The notes under the pieces are model-generated. The model saw nothing but the letters and a program-made list of their open reading frames with translations. It was not told the origin of the DNA and searched no databases. A stretch of DNA of 64,000 nucleotides from Patescibacteria group bacterium (GTDB lineage: Bacteria > Patescibacteriota > Minisyncoccia > Phycocordibacterales > JACOZG01). Shown in pieces: positions 28,441-38,194 of this stretch. Within the stretch, counting starts at the first letter, position 1. Every line of letters begins with the position of its first letter. Both the position numbers and the translations under genes were made by a program. Location of the stretch: assembly GCA_034658935.1 (NCBI GenBank), contig JAYEGE010000006.1, positions 24,912 through 88,911 of the forward strand, read 5' to 3'.

Positions 28441-29285
28441 TATTTATATTGATCGAGATCTATACCTTGGTTATAAAAATAGCGATCCAATTGAGCGATG
28501 GCGCCGGCCACAGCTATCGCCTTGCCGGTATATACTTGGGTACTTTGGAAGGCGAGGACTGGTTCGTTAGGGATGCGAGAGATGTCGCGGATATTATTGG
28601 ATAGATCTTGCAAGCTATTAACCACATCTAGGTGCGTGGCTGCTGCGCTTTGTGGTACTGCGGCGCCACTCATCCTAGTGGCTCGTTGTTGGAAGAAATT
28701 ACTCATGCCAATGAGTTTGGTAATAATTGCTGGGTTACTATTTTCGTCGTAAGCCAAGGCGAGCCCAACAGCATTTTCTCCAGAGAAGGTCCGCATGTTT
28801 CTGAGGAACCCAACGAATACCAGGGTGTAAGCCTCAAGGGTGGCCTGATTAGTAGCCACAATATTGAGATCAGAGATCCGATAGCTGGTCTGACGCTGAG
28901 CTAATTCTTCCTGCTCTAGTTTCAGGAGCGGCTTCGTCCTCTCTTTTAGAGCTTGGCCCAGGGTGGCGGCTGCCCGCTCTTCTGGTCGGATCAATTGATC
29001 CCCTGGTCCAGGCTTGGTGGGGCTACGATCAGCTAGAACCTCGGCTCCATCGACGGTGCCGTCGCCGTCCGTGTCAGGATTATCTAGGTCACTACCCCAA
29101 AGCAGTTCTTCCCAATCGGCCAAGCCGTCGTTGTCACTGTCGCCCTGTTCTTGAAGGTAGAAAGGGACGTCGCTGTCTGTACCTGGGTTTTGTAGGCTTT
29201 TATCGCCGACGTACCATAAGGAAAATAACCCACCAGCAAGGAGGACAACCAGTAGCAAAACTACAATAAAAATTCTTCTCCCCAC
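28440..29285 (-). CDS. Membrane-anchored protein with Ca-binding DxDxDG (thrombospondin type 3-like) repeats
   Basis: DSDNDGLADWEE..DTDGDGTVDGAE after an N-terminal TM helix. Confidence 0.8.
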   Translation of the reverse strand: MGRRIFIVVLLLVVLLAGGLFSLWYVGDKSLQNPGTDSDVPFYLQEQGDSDNDGLADWEELLWGSDLDNPDTDGDGTVDGAEVLADRSPTKPGPGDQLIRPEERAAATLGQALKERTKPLLKLEQEELAQRQTSYRISDLNIVATNQATLEAYTLVFVGFLRNMRTFSGENAVGLALAYDENSNPAIITKLIGMSNFFQQRATRMSGAAVPQSAAATHLDVVNSLQDLSNNIRDISRIPNEPVLAFQSTQVYTGKAIAVAGAIAQLDRYFYNQGIDLDQYK

Positions 29286-29380
29286 CTTCTCTAATTGTAG
29301 CCTTATTGTGGCGATAAAAACATAGAGATAGCAACAAGATAGTGGATAATTAATAAGGGTGTTCGTGCTACAGTAGACCC

Positions 29381-29998
29381 ATGTTTAAGTTCTCAGTTTG
29401 GCTTGTAATTGTGTTACTTATTTTGCCTGTTTTGGGTGCGGGGCCGATGGTCTCGGCTAGCATTTTGGATGTTGATAGGCATACGGCTACGCTTCCTCAG
29501 GAACCTGATCCAGAACCTATTCCTGCGGCGCCTGGTGAGTTTTTTAGTAATCGGCAGGAGTTGATCGCTACGTTGACGACAATGATAGGTCTCCTGCAGC
29601 AAATTATAATTTTAAAGCAAGAAAAGACTCCTGCTACTCAAAATACGACTAACCTTAGTCAGAGTAAGGTCGAAGCTGATGATGACGATTCTCTTTCCCT
29701 ACTTTCCACTGCTCCTACTATCACTAGCGTTAGCCCCACCTACGGTCCAAATGGCACCAGGGTTACCTTGCGGGGGGAAGGATTTACTCCCACCGACAAT
29801 ATTATCTTTACTGGTTTTGATCGAGTTGTCGCTAGTTCGGCCAATGGCGAGAGCCTAAGTTTTACTTTAGTTTCACCTTGGCGACCGGACGCAGCTTGGT
29901 CCCCCGGCTCTAACTTCCCTGAAATTAAATTACGTTTTTATGTCCGCAATAGCTGGGGGCAGACGGAAGTGCCAGGAGAATTTGTTTTCGATTTTTAA
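29381..29998 (+). CDS. Secreted protein with IPT/TIG domain
   Basis: Signal peptide; PTITSVSPTYGPNGTRVTLRGEGF. Confidence 0.75.
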   Translation: MFKFSVWLVIVLLILPVLGAGPMVSASILDVDRHTATLPQEPDPEPIPAAPGEFFSNRQELIATLTTMIGLLQQIIILKQEKTPATQNTTNLSQSKVEADDDDSLSLLSTAPTITSVSPTYGPNGTRVTLRGEGFTPTDNIIFTGFDRVVASSANGESLSFTLVSPWRPDAAWSPGSNFPEIKLRFYVRNSWGQTEVPGEFVFDF

Positions 29999-30004
29999 TT
30001 TTGC

Positions 30005-30397
30005 TTGAATAATCCTATGTTTAATTTTAGAAAATCTAAGTTTACCTTTCTTAGTTTGTTGATTGCCCTTGTTTTGATCTTTGGTGCCCAATGGTTGTCT
30101 GGTTCACGAACAGAAAAAGCGGAGGCCCTATCGATGACTAATTTTGGCGGCCCGGTTTTAATGTCTCTCGTTTGTTGTGATGGGATAATGATCGTAGTTG
30201 GCCCACCGGCGCCCGGCAGGTTCCTATTTGGTATCAGTTCTATTCCTTACGCCTGGTACAATTTTGCCACTCCTGGAGCGAATGTCTTGGGGACTTATAA
30301 TCCTGGTGGCTCATGCAGGTTATTGCCCTATTGTTATCCTATTATTCCGCTTGATGGGACGATCGGAATAATCGGTAGCTCTGGTCTGGGGATCTAG
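30005..30397 (+). CDS. Small secreted or membrane hypothetical protein with cysteines
   Basis: Hydrophobic N-terminus, AEA|L site, FGG..CC..C..C; start may be ATG 30017. Confidence 0.65.
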   Translation: MNNPMFNFRKSKFTFLSLLIALVLIFGAQWLSGSRTEKAEALSMTNFGGPVLMSLVCCDGIMIVVGPPAPGRFLFGISSIPYAWYNFATPGANVLGTYNPGGSCRLLPYCYPIIPLDGTIGIIGSSGLGI

Positions 30398-30399
30398 AT

Positions 30400-30900
30400 T
30401 TATAAACTAATACCGTCTCCGGTTTGGAGATTAAAGTTCTCGGCCAAGCCGGCGTTAACCTCTAAAACATAACGAATGGGTTGAGGTGGAGAGAAGGTCT
30501 GGGGGAAGGAGTCCGGCTGGACATTATGTTCGATTTCGATAATACGCAATTGACTGTCTAGCCACAGGATATCAATGGGGAAATTCATATCCTTCATCCA
30601 AAAAGATGGCTCAGCCGGGCGCTCAAATGAGAAAAGCATTCCCTCGAATTCGCCCAAACTTTCGCGCCCAGAGAGCCCGCGAGCCTGCTCTTGAGAGGTC
30701 TTAGCTAGCTTTACCTGGAGGCGTAGACTCCGCACGCGGAGTTCAATAGACTCGGTTTGTTGCTCTGCGATTATTTTATCTAAACGATAAGCGGGGGTGC
30801 GGAATATTTGCACTAAGAAAGCAACAAAGATCAGAATGATGATAATAAGAAACCAACTTACTTTGCTTGTGTGTTGATGAAGTTCGTGAGACATAGCCAT
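30400..30900 (-). CDS. DUF192 family protein
   Basis: ARGLSGR, GMLF, FWMKDMNFPIDILWLD, YVLEVNAG motifs. Confidence 0.9.
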   Translation of the reverse strand: MAMSHELHQHTSKVSWFLIIIILIFVAFLVQIFRTPAYRLDKIIAEQQTESIELRVRSLRLQVKLAKTSQEQARGLSGRESLGEFEGMLFSFERPAEPSFWMKDMNFPIDILWLDSQLRIIEIEHNVQPDSFPQTFSPPQPIRYVLEVNAGLAENFNLQTGDGISL

Positions 30901-31643
30901 TGTTCTAAAGTTAATTCTTCAGCTCTCGCCTTGGGTTCAATTTTACAACTCTCTAATACGTCTGTCGATACATTTAAATTGCTAGCAAGTAATTTACGTT
31001 TATGAGCAAAGCCCTTTTTAAGTAAAGTGAAGAATCTTTCTTCCTCTCCCTTGGTAGCCAACCTATCTCGAGAAATCTCATCAATAAGTAATATGGCCGA
31101 ATCAACTTTAGACCTTGGTGTGAAGTGCCTGGCGGCAACTCTGGCAACGAGACGTGGCTGACCAAAAACTTTCACGCTTAAAGACAGTAAACTTTCTTTA
31201 ACTTTGGTGCGGGCGCCGCGGCGAGCCGTGGTTGCGATGCGCTCTGCTACTTCTTGTTGGAGCATTAAGACCACTAACTCGGGTTGTTGCACGGCGGTTA
31301 GTAGCTGGCGCAGGATCTGTCCGGTCAGATAATACGGAATATTGGCCACCACCTTGTATTTACCCTTAAGCGCTTGGTCGACGATATCGCCATGAATGAC
31401 CACTAATTTCCCCGTTTCCACCGCCCCACTGAAGCGATTATTGAGAAAACTGATTAACCGATCGTCTTTTTCCACTGCCACCACCTTCCCCGCCTGTTTC
31501 AATAGGGCCCCAGTTAGGAAACCCCTTCCCGGCCCTATTTCGAGTACGGCGTCTTTGGTTCCCAATTTGGCAGCCTTAATGATTTTGCTCCGAATAGCCG
31601 CGCTATTCAGCCAATTTTGCCCCAATGATTTCTTCGCCCTCAT
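30858..31643 (-). CDS. rsmA: 16S rRNA dimethyladenosine transferase RsmA/KsgA
   Basis: AKKSLGQNWL, VLEIGPGRG, VVANIPYYLT, KVDSA motifs. Confidence 0.95.
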   Translation of the reverse strand: MRAKKSLGQNWLNSAAIRSKIIKAAKLGTKDAVLEIGPGRGFLTGALLKQAGKVVAVEKDDRLISFLNNRFSGAVETGKLVVIHGDIVDQALKGKYKVVANIPYYLTGQILRQLLTAVQQPELVVLMLQQEVAERIATTARRGARTKVKESLLSLSVKVFGQPRLVARVAARHFTPRSKVDSAILLIDEISRDRLATKGEEERFFTLLKKGFAHKRKLLASNLNVSTDVLESCKIEPKARAEELTLEQWLCLTNFINTQAK

Positions 31644-31675
31644 ACTTCTGTCCCCAATCTGGCCTCCTTATCCCA

Positions 31676-31696
31676 TTTGGACACTTCGTGTCCAAA
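31676..31696. repeat. REP-like palindrome in frame in the transposase (FGHEVSK)
   Basis: TTTGGACAC-TTC-GTGTCCAAA. Confidence 0.92.
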
Positions 31697-31840
31697 TTTA
31701 TTTTCGACAATATCTTGGAGGGAAGCCTCGGCGAACTCTCGGTATTCTTTGGGGCTCCCGAATTGGCTTAAAATAAGGCTTTTATCGCAGATCGTCCCCG
31801 CGTTATCTCCCAAATACTCACTCCAACTAGTCCGTGCTAA

Positions 31841-31861
31841 TTTGGACACTGCGTGTCCAAA
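31841..31861. repeat. REP-like palindrome in frame in the transposase (FGHAVSK)
   Basis: TTTGGACAC-TGC-GTGTCCAAA. Confidence 0.92.
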
Positions 31862-32345
31862 TGAATGGGCTTGATGGTTGAGGTTGATATAGACGCTGAG
31901 ATGCAATAAATACTCATCCGAATCCACATGTTTTGCCTGGAACCCACTTTCCCATAGCCTCCCTTTCCGCTTGTAACGAGCGTTGAAATACTTGCTGTAT
32001 CCCATATTTAGACGTTGCATGAAGCGCTCGATACCTTTTTCGGCAGTTGGTTGAACCAAGAAATGATAATGGTTTGGATTAATGGCGTAAGCTACGAATT
32101 TAACCAATGGTGATTTGGCTCCATTGATAGGTGGATAGCCGAGCTTCTCTAGGCGTTTGTCGATAAAGGGTTTTTCGTAGAGGCTACCAGTGGTTTGTTT
32201 GCTATTGAATTCCCGTAAGGCCAAGAAAAAACGCTCAACATCACTATTATCGAGAAAAACCGACCTTTTCTCTACTCCGCGATTATAAATATGGTAGAAT
32301 TCGCCCTCTACGAATGGTTTTTTCCTCATTGTCGCCATCTTAACA

Positions 32346-32366
32346 TTTGGACACTGCGTGTCCAAA
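32346..32366. repeat. REP-like palindrome immediately upstream of the transposase
   Basis: TTTGGACAC-TGC-GTGTCCAAA. Confidence 0.92.
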
Positions 32367-32375
32367 TTATTTAGG

Positions 32376-34313
32376 TTAGAAATCGATGCTAATTAAGGGT
32401 GTATTTCGATCGGCGAGGAGGTTATCGTCGATGTCGGCCAGGAAATCCGAGGGGAGATTGACTCGGCGGGAGCCGAAGATGGTTCGGCTCTGGGCGTAAC
32501 TCAAATAAAGCCTCTCGCGAGCGCGAGTGAGAGCGACGTAGAAGAGTCGTCGTTCCTCTTCCCCGTCTCTCTCCTCGTCTTCTCCGAAGCGTACGTAAGG
32601 GAAGAGCCCCTGTTCCATACCAACAATGAACACGTATTTAAATTCTAAGCCTTTGGCGGCGTGGACGGTCATCAATCTGACGCCCGCCTTTCTGCCTGAT
32701 TGCTTTTGATCCAAACTGTCTTGCTCGCTAGTTAGAGAAGCATCGGTTAACATTTGCCAGGTGCCTTCCCCAGGCGGGAATTGGTCGTACTTCAAGGCCA
32801 AGGTGGCTAACTCTCGCAAGTTACCCAAACGCTCCTCCCCTTCTGGCCCATCTTTCTTTAATTCTTCCTCTAAACCAGAATGTTTGATGGCGAATTTAAT
32901 TAAGTCACTTGGTTTTTCTTTTAATGCCGCTTCTTTGATCTCTGCCAGAACTTTGTCGAAGGCTGCTATTTTCACTCGCGTTTTAGCTGGCAAACTTTCA
33001 CTCAAGCCGGCGGCCATCTTCCCTAAAGTAACTTTGCCTATCCCTCGTGGTGGGACATTAATGATCCGCTTCTTACTCTCCCAATCTTCTGGATTTAAGG
33101 CCGCCCTAATCACTGCCAACACGTCCCTAACTTCTTTGCGTTCAAAGAAGCGAGTGCCCAATACTTGATAAGGCAAACCAGCCCTAAGCAGAGCCTCTTC
33201 TAAGATTCGCGATTGGAAATTGGCCCTATAAAGTATAGCTATTTCGCTAGCCTCTGTCTTTTCCTTAAGTAGGCCCTGGATCTCGTTCGCTACCATCGAG
33301 GCCTCTTCTCCTTCATCAATTCCGACCATGAATTGAATCAATTCGCCGTCTGGATTCTTGGTGAAAAGTTTCTTGTCGTGTCGTTGCTGGTTCTTACTTA
33401 TTACTTGGTTGGCGGCGGTTAAGATTGTTTGAGTGGAGCGATAATTTTCTTCTAATAAAATAATTTTTGCCTCCTTATAATCTTTTTCAAAACGCATTAA
33501 GTTCTTGAAGTCTGCTCCGCGCCAACTATAAATAGATTGATCGACATCGCCAACAACACAAATGTTCTGACTCTTGGCTGCTAGTAATTTAGCTAACTCG
33601 TATTGTGCTACGTTAGTGTCTTGATACTCATCAATATGGAGATAGGGCCAACGTCGTTGGTAATACTCGAGGATCTTAGATTCTTTTTGCAATAACTTAA
33701 CCACTTTAAGAAGCAGGTCGTCGAAGTCGAGAGCTTGGCGTTTAGCTAAGGCTTGTTCATAAAGTGGCCAGATTATGGCGGCAATTTTCATTGGCGGCCA
33801 TTGGCCCTTGCTTGCTTTCTCTCTAAAACTATCTGCTGTTACTAAATTACCTTTCTCGCGGCTGATGATTCCCAAAATTCGTCGCGGCTCTACCTCCCTG
33901 CTCTCTATTCCTCGATCCTTCAGGAGCCCCTTAACAATACTCATGGAATCATCCTTATCGGCGATAGAAAAAAAGCGATTCAAGCCTAGGGCCCCGGCGT
34001 TCTCTTTCAAGATATAGGCGCCGAGAGCGTGGAAGGTGCTAACAAAAGGGCTAGCTGGCCCTCTCCTTCCCTCGTCACCCCAGGCTCCCCCCAATAGTTT
34101 GCTGATTCGCTTGCCCATCTCCTTGGCCGCCTTATTGGTGAAAGTAATCGCTAAGATTTTCTCTGGCTCTACTCCACCATCTATTAATTGACCGATCCGA
34201 TAAGTAATCGCCTTAGTCTTACCAGAGCCGGCACCGGCTACGATGAGGAGCGGCCCTTCTTTATGGGTTACTGCTTCCTTTTGGGCTGGATTGAGGCCGC
34301 TTAAATCTATCAT
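32376..34313 (-). CDS. uvrD: UvrD/PcrA superfamily 1 helicase; likely start at ATG 34313
   Basis: LNPAQ, AGAGSGKT, TFTNKAA, DEYQDTN, VGDVDQSIYSWRGA, MTVHAAKGLEF, EERRLFYVALTRA motifs. Confidence 0.95.
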   Translation of the reverse strand: MIDLSGLNPAQKEAVTHKEGPLLIVAGAGSGKTKAITYRIGQLIDGGVEPEKILAITFTNKAAKEMGKRISKLLGGAWGDEGRRGPASPFVSTFHALGAYILKENAGALGLNRFFSIADKDDSMSIVKGLLKDRGIESREVEPRRILGIISREKGNLVTADSFREKASKGQWPPMKIAAIIWPLYEQALAKRQALDFDDLLLKVVKLLQKESKILEYYQRRWPYLHIDEYQDTNVAQYELAKLLAAKSQNICVVGDVDQSIYSWRGADFKNLMRFEKDYKEAKIILLEENYRSTQTILTAANQVISKNQQRHDKKLFTKNPDGELIQFMVGIDEGEEASMVANEIQGLLKEKTEASEIAILYRANFQSRILEEALLRAGLPYQVLGTRFFERKEVRDVLAVIRAALNPEDWESKKRIINVPPRGIGKVTLGKMAAGLSESLPAKTRVKIAAFDKVLAEIKEAALKEKPSDLIKFAIKHSGLEEELKKDGPEGEERLGNLRELATLALKYDQFPPGEGTWQMLTDASLTSEQDSLDQKQSGRKAGVRLMTVHAAKGLEFKYVFIVGMEQGLFPYVRFGEDEERDGEEERRLFYVALTRARERLYLSYAQSRTIFGSRRVNLPSDFLADIDDNLLADRNTPLISIDF

Positions 34314-34523
34314 TGTCACCAAGTCTAGCATGCTGAGGGCCACTTCTTGGTTATCCACAAAGGGTCCTGGCAGACTTGAAGTGGGTCTACCCTCATGCTA
34401 GGATAACAGTCTCCGCTCTTCTGACTGCCAATATGGCTGATCGACCGGAATACCGCTTAAACTGGGCTTATTTTACCTCAACTATCAGCGTCTAACCCCT
34501 CTCGGTTCTCGGGTTGGACTGTC

Positions 34524-35468
34524 ATGATCGCTCTATTTATAGTCCTTCTCTCGGCAGGGCTATTTTGGCCTGTCTGGCATGCCCAGGCGGGCCTTATTGG
34601 TTCTAATTCTCAGACCTTGGGTTTGGCGCCTAATTCGCCTAACCCAGCCACTGCAATCGGTGGGAGTGAGATCACGATTACTGGTGGTGCCCTTCTCCCC
34701 GATAGTGGGGTGATCGGTACTATGGCCGATGTTGAGGATAAGCCTAAGAGCGATCAGATTAGTCTGTATGTTGTTCGCGAGGGCGACTCTTTATCTCAGA
34801 TCGCCGAGATGTTTAGTGTTTCAGTGAACACTATCGCCTGGGCCAACGACTTCGAGCGTGGTGCCACCATTAGGCCTGGTCAGATGCTCCTTATTCTCCC
34901 TGTTTCAGGTATCCGCCACACTGTGGCCGAGGGTGAGACGGTGAGGAGTATCGCCAAGAAGTATCAGGGTGACGCGGAGGAGATTATTCAATTCAACGGC
35001 TTAGACGCTGAAGGCATTTTGGCTAAGGGTGATGTCGTTACGATTCCTGGTGGCGCCCATTCTGTGGCACCATCTAGCAAGAAGGTTTATGCCGAAGTCC
35101 GAGGTTCTAATGGCCCGTCCTATGCTGGGTATTACATACGGCCTATTGTCGGTGGAGTCCGTTCTCAAGGCCTGCACGGCCATAATGCCATTGACCTAGC
35201 GGCCCCTGCCGGAACCCCTATCATGGCCGCCGCCTCCGGTCAGGTTATTGTCAGCCGGTCTGGTGGTTGGAACGGGGGTTATGGTAATTACGTAGTAATT
35301 AGACATGATAATGACACTCAGACACTTTATGCTCACAATACCAGCAATACCGTCGGGGTGGGTCAGCGAGTGGTCCAGGGTCAGGTGATCGGTTATATGG
35401 GTTCGACTGGCCGCTCGACCGGCAATCATGTCCACTTTGAAATCCGTGGGGCTAAAAATCCATTTTAG
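34524..35468 (+). CDS. LysM + M23 family peptidoglycan endopeptidase
   Basis: Two LysM repeats (YVVREGDSLSQIA, HTVAEGETVRSIA); HNAID, LYAH, STGNHVHFE. Confidence 0.92.
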   Translation: MIALFIVLLSAGLFWPVWHAQAGLIGSNSQTLGLAPNSPNPATAIGGSEITITGGALLPDSGVIGTMADVEDKPKSDQISLYVVREGDSLSQIAEMFSVSVNTIAWANDFERGATIRPGQMLLILPVSGIRHTVAEGETVRSIAKKYQGDAEEIIQFNGLDAEGILAKGDVVTIPGGAHSVAPSSKKVYAEVRGSNGPSYAGYYIRPIVGGVRSQGLHGHNAIDLAAPAGTPIMAAASGQVIVSRSGGWNGGYGNYVVIRHDNDTQTLYAHNTSNTVGVGQRVVQGQVIGYMGSTGRSTGNHVHFEIRGAKNPF

Positions 35469-35564
35469 TTTTATGACGTTTGATTTTATTTTGATGGCAT
35501 TAATTTTCGCTCGACAATATGTAGCGTAATTTTATTTTTTATCTTTTGATCTAGATAATATTCC

Positions 35565-35610
35565 AAATTGAAAAACTACCCCGATGGACATCGGGGTAGT
35601 TTTTCAATTT
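35565..35610. terminator. 22-bp perfect stem hairpin (terminator or palindromic element)
   Basis: AAATTGAAAAACTACCCCGATG-GA-CATCGGGGTAGTTTTTCAATTT. Confidence 0.75.
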
Positions 35611-35654
35611 GCCCTGAGCAAGCCCCTTCCCCGCGAGTCGAGGGGGCTTATTCG

Positions 35655-35675
35655 CTTGGACATTGAATGTCCAAA
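35655..35675. repeat. REP-like palindrome with a compensatory arm change
   Basis: CTTGGACAT-TGA-ATGTCCAAA. Confidence 0.85.
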
Positions 35676-35724
35676 TTCGGGGTAAACCGTGTTCTGACTT
35701 TCTACCGGGATTCCCGGTAAATAT

Positions 35725-36219
35725 ATGAAAATACATCTCCCAAATAGCGCCTTTTTGGCCAATATAGACTCTTTTTTAAGGAATTTTGACCCTTCCCGAA
35801 AAGACGTGCTTCATATTACCGCAAATAAAAAGCTCCGAAGAATTAACTAGATTTCTCACAGAAATAGTTCCCCTACTTCGTCTGGAACCCAGACATGCGA
35901 AACCGATCCAGTATATTATTAGTGAATTAGTAAGAAACGTTTTAGAACATGCTCAAGCTGATAACGGTGCAATTGTATGTGCTCAGTACCATAAGAAAAG
36001 TAATATGATCCGAATAGGGATAGCTGATACTGGACTTGGTATAAAAAGAACAATCAATAAGTCCTACAATGCCGCCGATGATCTAGAGGCCATAAAACTT
36101 GCGCTTGTACCAGGAATCACTGGTACTACAAAAAAGCAGGTGGCTCTGAGCTTAATGCTGGGGCGGGCTTGTTTTTCATAAAATCGATTATATGCAACAA
36201 AGTTAGCGATAGGATTTAA
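35725..36219 (+). pseudogene. Fragmented GHKL/HATPase (anti-sigma-kinase-like) gene
   Basis: Three segments with frame changes: MKIHLPNSAFLANIDSFL..; SELVRNVLEHA..IADTGLGI; GGSELNAGAGLFFIKSI, ending at a palindrome. Confidence 0.75.
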
Positions 36220-36240
36220 TTTGGACACTCAGTGTCCAAA
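36220..36240. repeat. REP-like palindrome
   Basis: TTTGGACAC-TCA-GTGTCCAAA. Confidence 0.92.
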
Positions 36241-36246
36241 TTCTGA

Positions 36247-37308
36247 TTAGTGCACTAGTTGTGGGGTGCCTTGTTTGACTTGGTAAATTTTCTCTGCACG
36301 GTCGGCTGTCCTGCTGGGACCAAAAACTTTATCAAGTCCAGATTTTAGTGAAGAATCAAGATTTTTAGCATCCATTAACTTAACGATCCCATCGTAACCG
36401 AAGGAAACTAAAGCTGCGTCGAGGATGTCGGTGCCATAGACGGATTTATACTTGGACATTAGCTCTTCCGCCTTATCAGTATAGAAGTTGGTGAAGAAGA
36501 CACCCTCAGCGGCAGAGCCAGCCTCGTTAATTACATCTTGGATTAGAGGGTCGCCAGTCATGAGAGTTGCCCCTAATCCCATTTGCCCAGCTTGGGTCAA
36601 AAATTGAGCATTATGGGGCGGGATCAAAGGAAAATAGACACCATCAGTATCAGACTGTTTAGCTTTAGTTATCGCAGTGCGGTAATCAGTGGTCTCAACT
36701 GAAAGAGTCTCATTGAATGTTACTTCTCCGCCAAGACTTTTAAAGGTTTCGGTGAACACACCAGTAGAAATTTCTGCCCAGGGATCGACGTGGCCGACGA
36801 TTGCTACTTTTCTAAGATTTAGAGTCTCAGAGGCATATTTAGCCATATCTCTAGCTGCTTGCTCGGTAGAGAAACCGTTGCTGAAAATATATTCACCGCC
36901 AGTGTTAATTAAGTGATTGCTATCCCAAAGAACCAAGAGAGGCGTTTTCTCAGTAGCAAAGAGGGGCATAATAGGTTGTGCTTCTTCGATGAGCATCGTC
37001 ACAACTACATCTACCTCGTCTATGTTAATTAACTTATTGGCCGCGCTGACAGATTGCTTGAGGTCAAAGGCGTCATCTTCATAAATGACCTCAATCCGCT
37101 CGCCATTTTCATTAATCTCTTGCACGGCCAGATCAATACCTTTTTTAATTTCCTCACCGACAAAGGCGATATCTCCGGTCAGCGGCAGGATTGCCCCTAC
37201 TTTTAATAAGTCGTCTGGTGCTTTTCGGTCTTGACCAAGGGAAAAAGCTATAAAACCCATGACAATTAGTCCACATAGAACGATTACAGCTATTTTAATC
37301 TTTTGCAT
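36247..37308 (-). CDS. Membrane-anchored ABC-type substrate-binding protein (LivJ/LivK-like)
   Basis: KVGAILPLTG..G, EIN, IYEDD, DYRTAITK motifs; likely start ATG 37308. Confidence 0.88.
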   Translation of the reverse strand: MQKIKIAVIVLCGLIVMGFIAFSLGQDRKAPDDLLKVGAILPLTGDIAFVGEEIKKGIDLAVQEINENGERIEVIYEDDAFDLKQSVSAANKLINIDEVDVVVTMLIEEAQPIMPLFATEKTPLLVLWDSNHLINTGGEYIFSNGFSTEQAARDMAKYASETLNLRKVAIVGHVDPWAEISTGVFTETFKSLGGEVTFNETLSVETTDYRTAITKAKQSDTDGVYFPLIPPHNAQFLTQAGQMGLGATLMTGDPLIQDVINEAGSAAEGVFFTNFYTDKAEELMSKYKSVYGTDILDAALVSFGYDGIVKLMDAKNLDSSLKSGLDKVFGPSRTADRAEKIYQVKQGTPQLVH

Positions 37309-37482
37309 AAACGATAATTTTATTTGAATAACGATATTTATCTTAATCAACTTATACCTTTTTGTTAACGGCTCGGTCAAAATTCTAGTTTTGTACTCCC
37401 CAAAGCCTTATTTTACGGGCTCCATATTTAAAAAACTGTCAGGAATATTGACAAAGTAGAGAGTAAGTTCATACTTAATTGG

Positions 37483-38193
37483 ATGTATAAACTTGGACTA
37501 AGCGAGAAGGCATTGGATCTATATAAAGCCGCTATCGAGAGTGGTGTAACCACTGTCGCCCATTTGGCGCAGGTGACAGGGATTAAAAGGCCGACTGCCT
37601 ATATGCAATTAGAAGAACTTATCACCGCCGGTTTAATGGAGAAGGTGAAAATAAATAAAAAGACCTACTTTAAGGCCTCGGACCCTAAAGTGTTGTCAGA
37701 TAGATTAGCTGAAGACAAAAACCTGATCGAACAATTAAGTATTAAATATCAAGAGGGGCTTCTCCATTTGGGCCAGCCTCAAGCAAGAGTCTTAGAGGGG
37801 GTTTCTCACATTAAGGAGCTATATAAAGAAGTAGGAGAGGCGAACAGTATCCGAATATGGTCAAATGTTGGGGAAATATACCATCTTTTTAGTGATGCAT
37901 ATCAAAAATTGGCTGAGCAAGTACGTCAAAATGAGATAAATACTAGAGAAATTATTGCTAGCGGTAAGGCGTCTATGAGGTATGCGAAATATCTGAAACA
38001 AATTGCTGGGCCAACTTATAGCTTTCGGGCATCAACTTTTAAAGATATTGAGAATGACACGATCGTCTTTGGTAATTGTGTGGCGATTTTTAGGTTACAT
38101 GAGAAGAATATCTTTGCCGTCAGAATAGAAGATAGCTCCATTGCCAAAACCTTCAGAGCTATCTTCGATATGTCTTGGGGCGGCCTTAAATAA
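37483..38193 (+). CDS. TrmB family transcriptional regulator
   Basis: LGLSEK..Y, LAQVTGIKRPTAYMQLEEL HTH; C-terminal IED..IA.TFRAIFD..W. Confidence 0.85.
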   Translation: MYKLGLSEKALDLYKAAIESGVTTVAHLAQVTGIKRPTAYMQLEELITAGLMEKVKINKKTYFKASDPKVLSDRLAEDKNLIEQLSIKYQEGLLHLGQPQARVLEGVSHIKELYKEVGEANSIRIWSNVGEIYHLFSDAYQKLAEQVRQNEINTREIIASGKASMRYAKYLKQIAGPTYSFRASTFKDIENDTIVFGNCVAIFRLHEKNIFAVRIEDSSIAKTFRAIFDMSWGGLK

Positions 38194-38194
38194 A

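Larger units (their letters stand above)
31640..32329 (-). mobile_element. REP-associated tyrosine transposase (RAYT-like, IS200/IS605 Y1 HUH superfamily)
   Basis: YHIYNRGVEKRSVF, YAINPNHYHFL (HUH), YFNARYKRKGRLW, YINLN (catalytic Tyr); no tnpB; palindromes upstream and within; start ATG 32329 or 32338. Confidence 0.88.
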
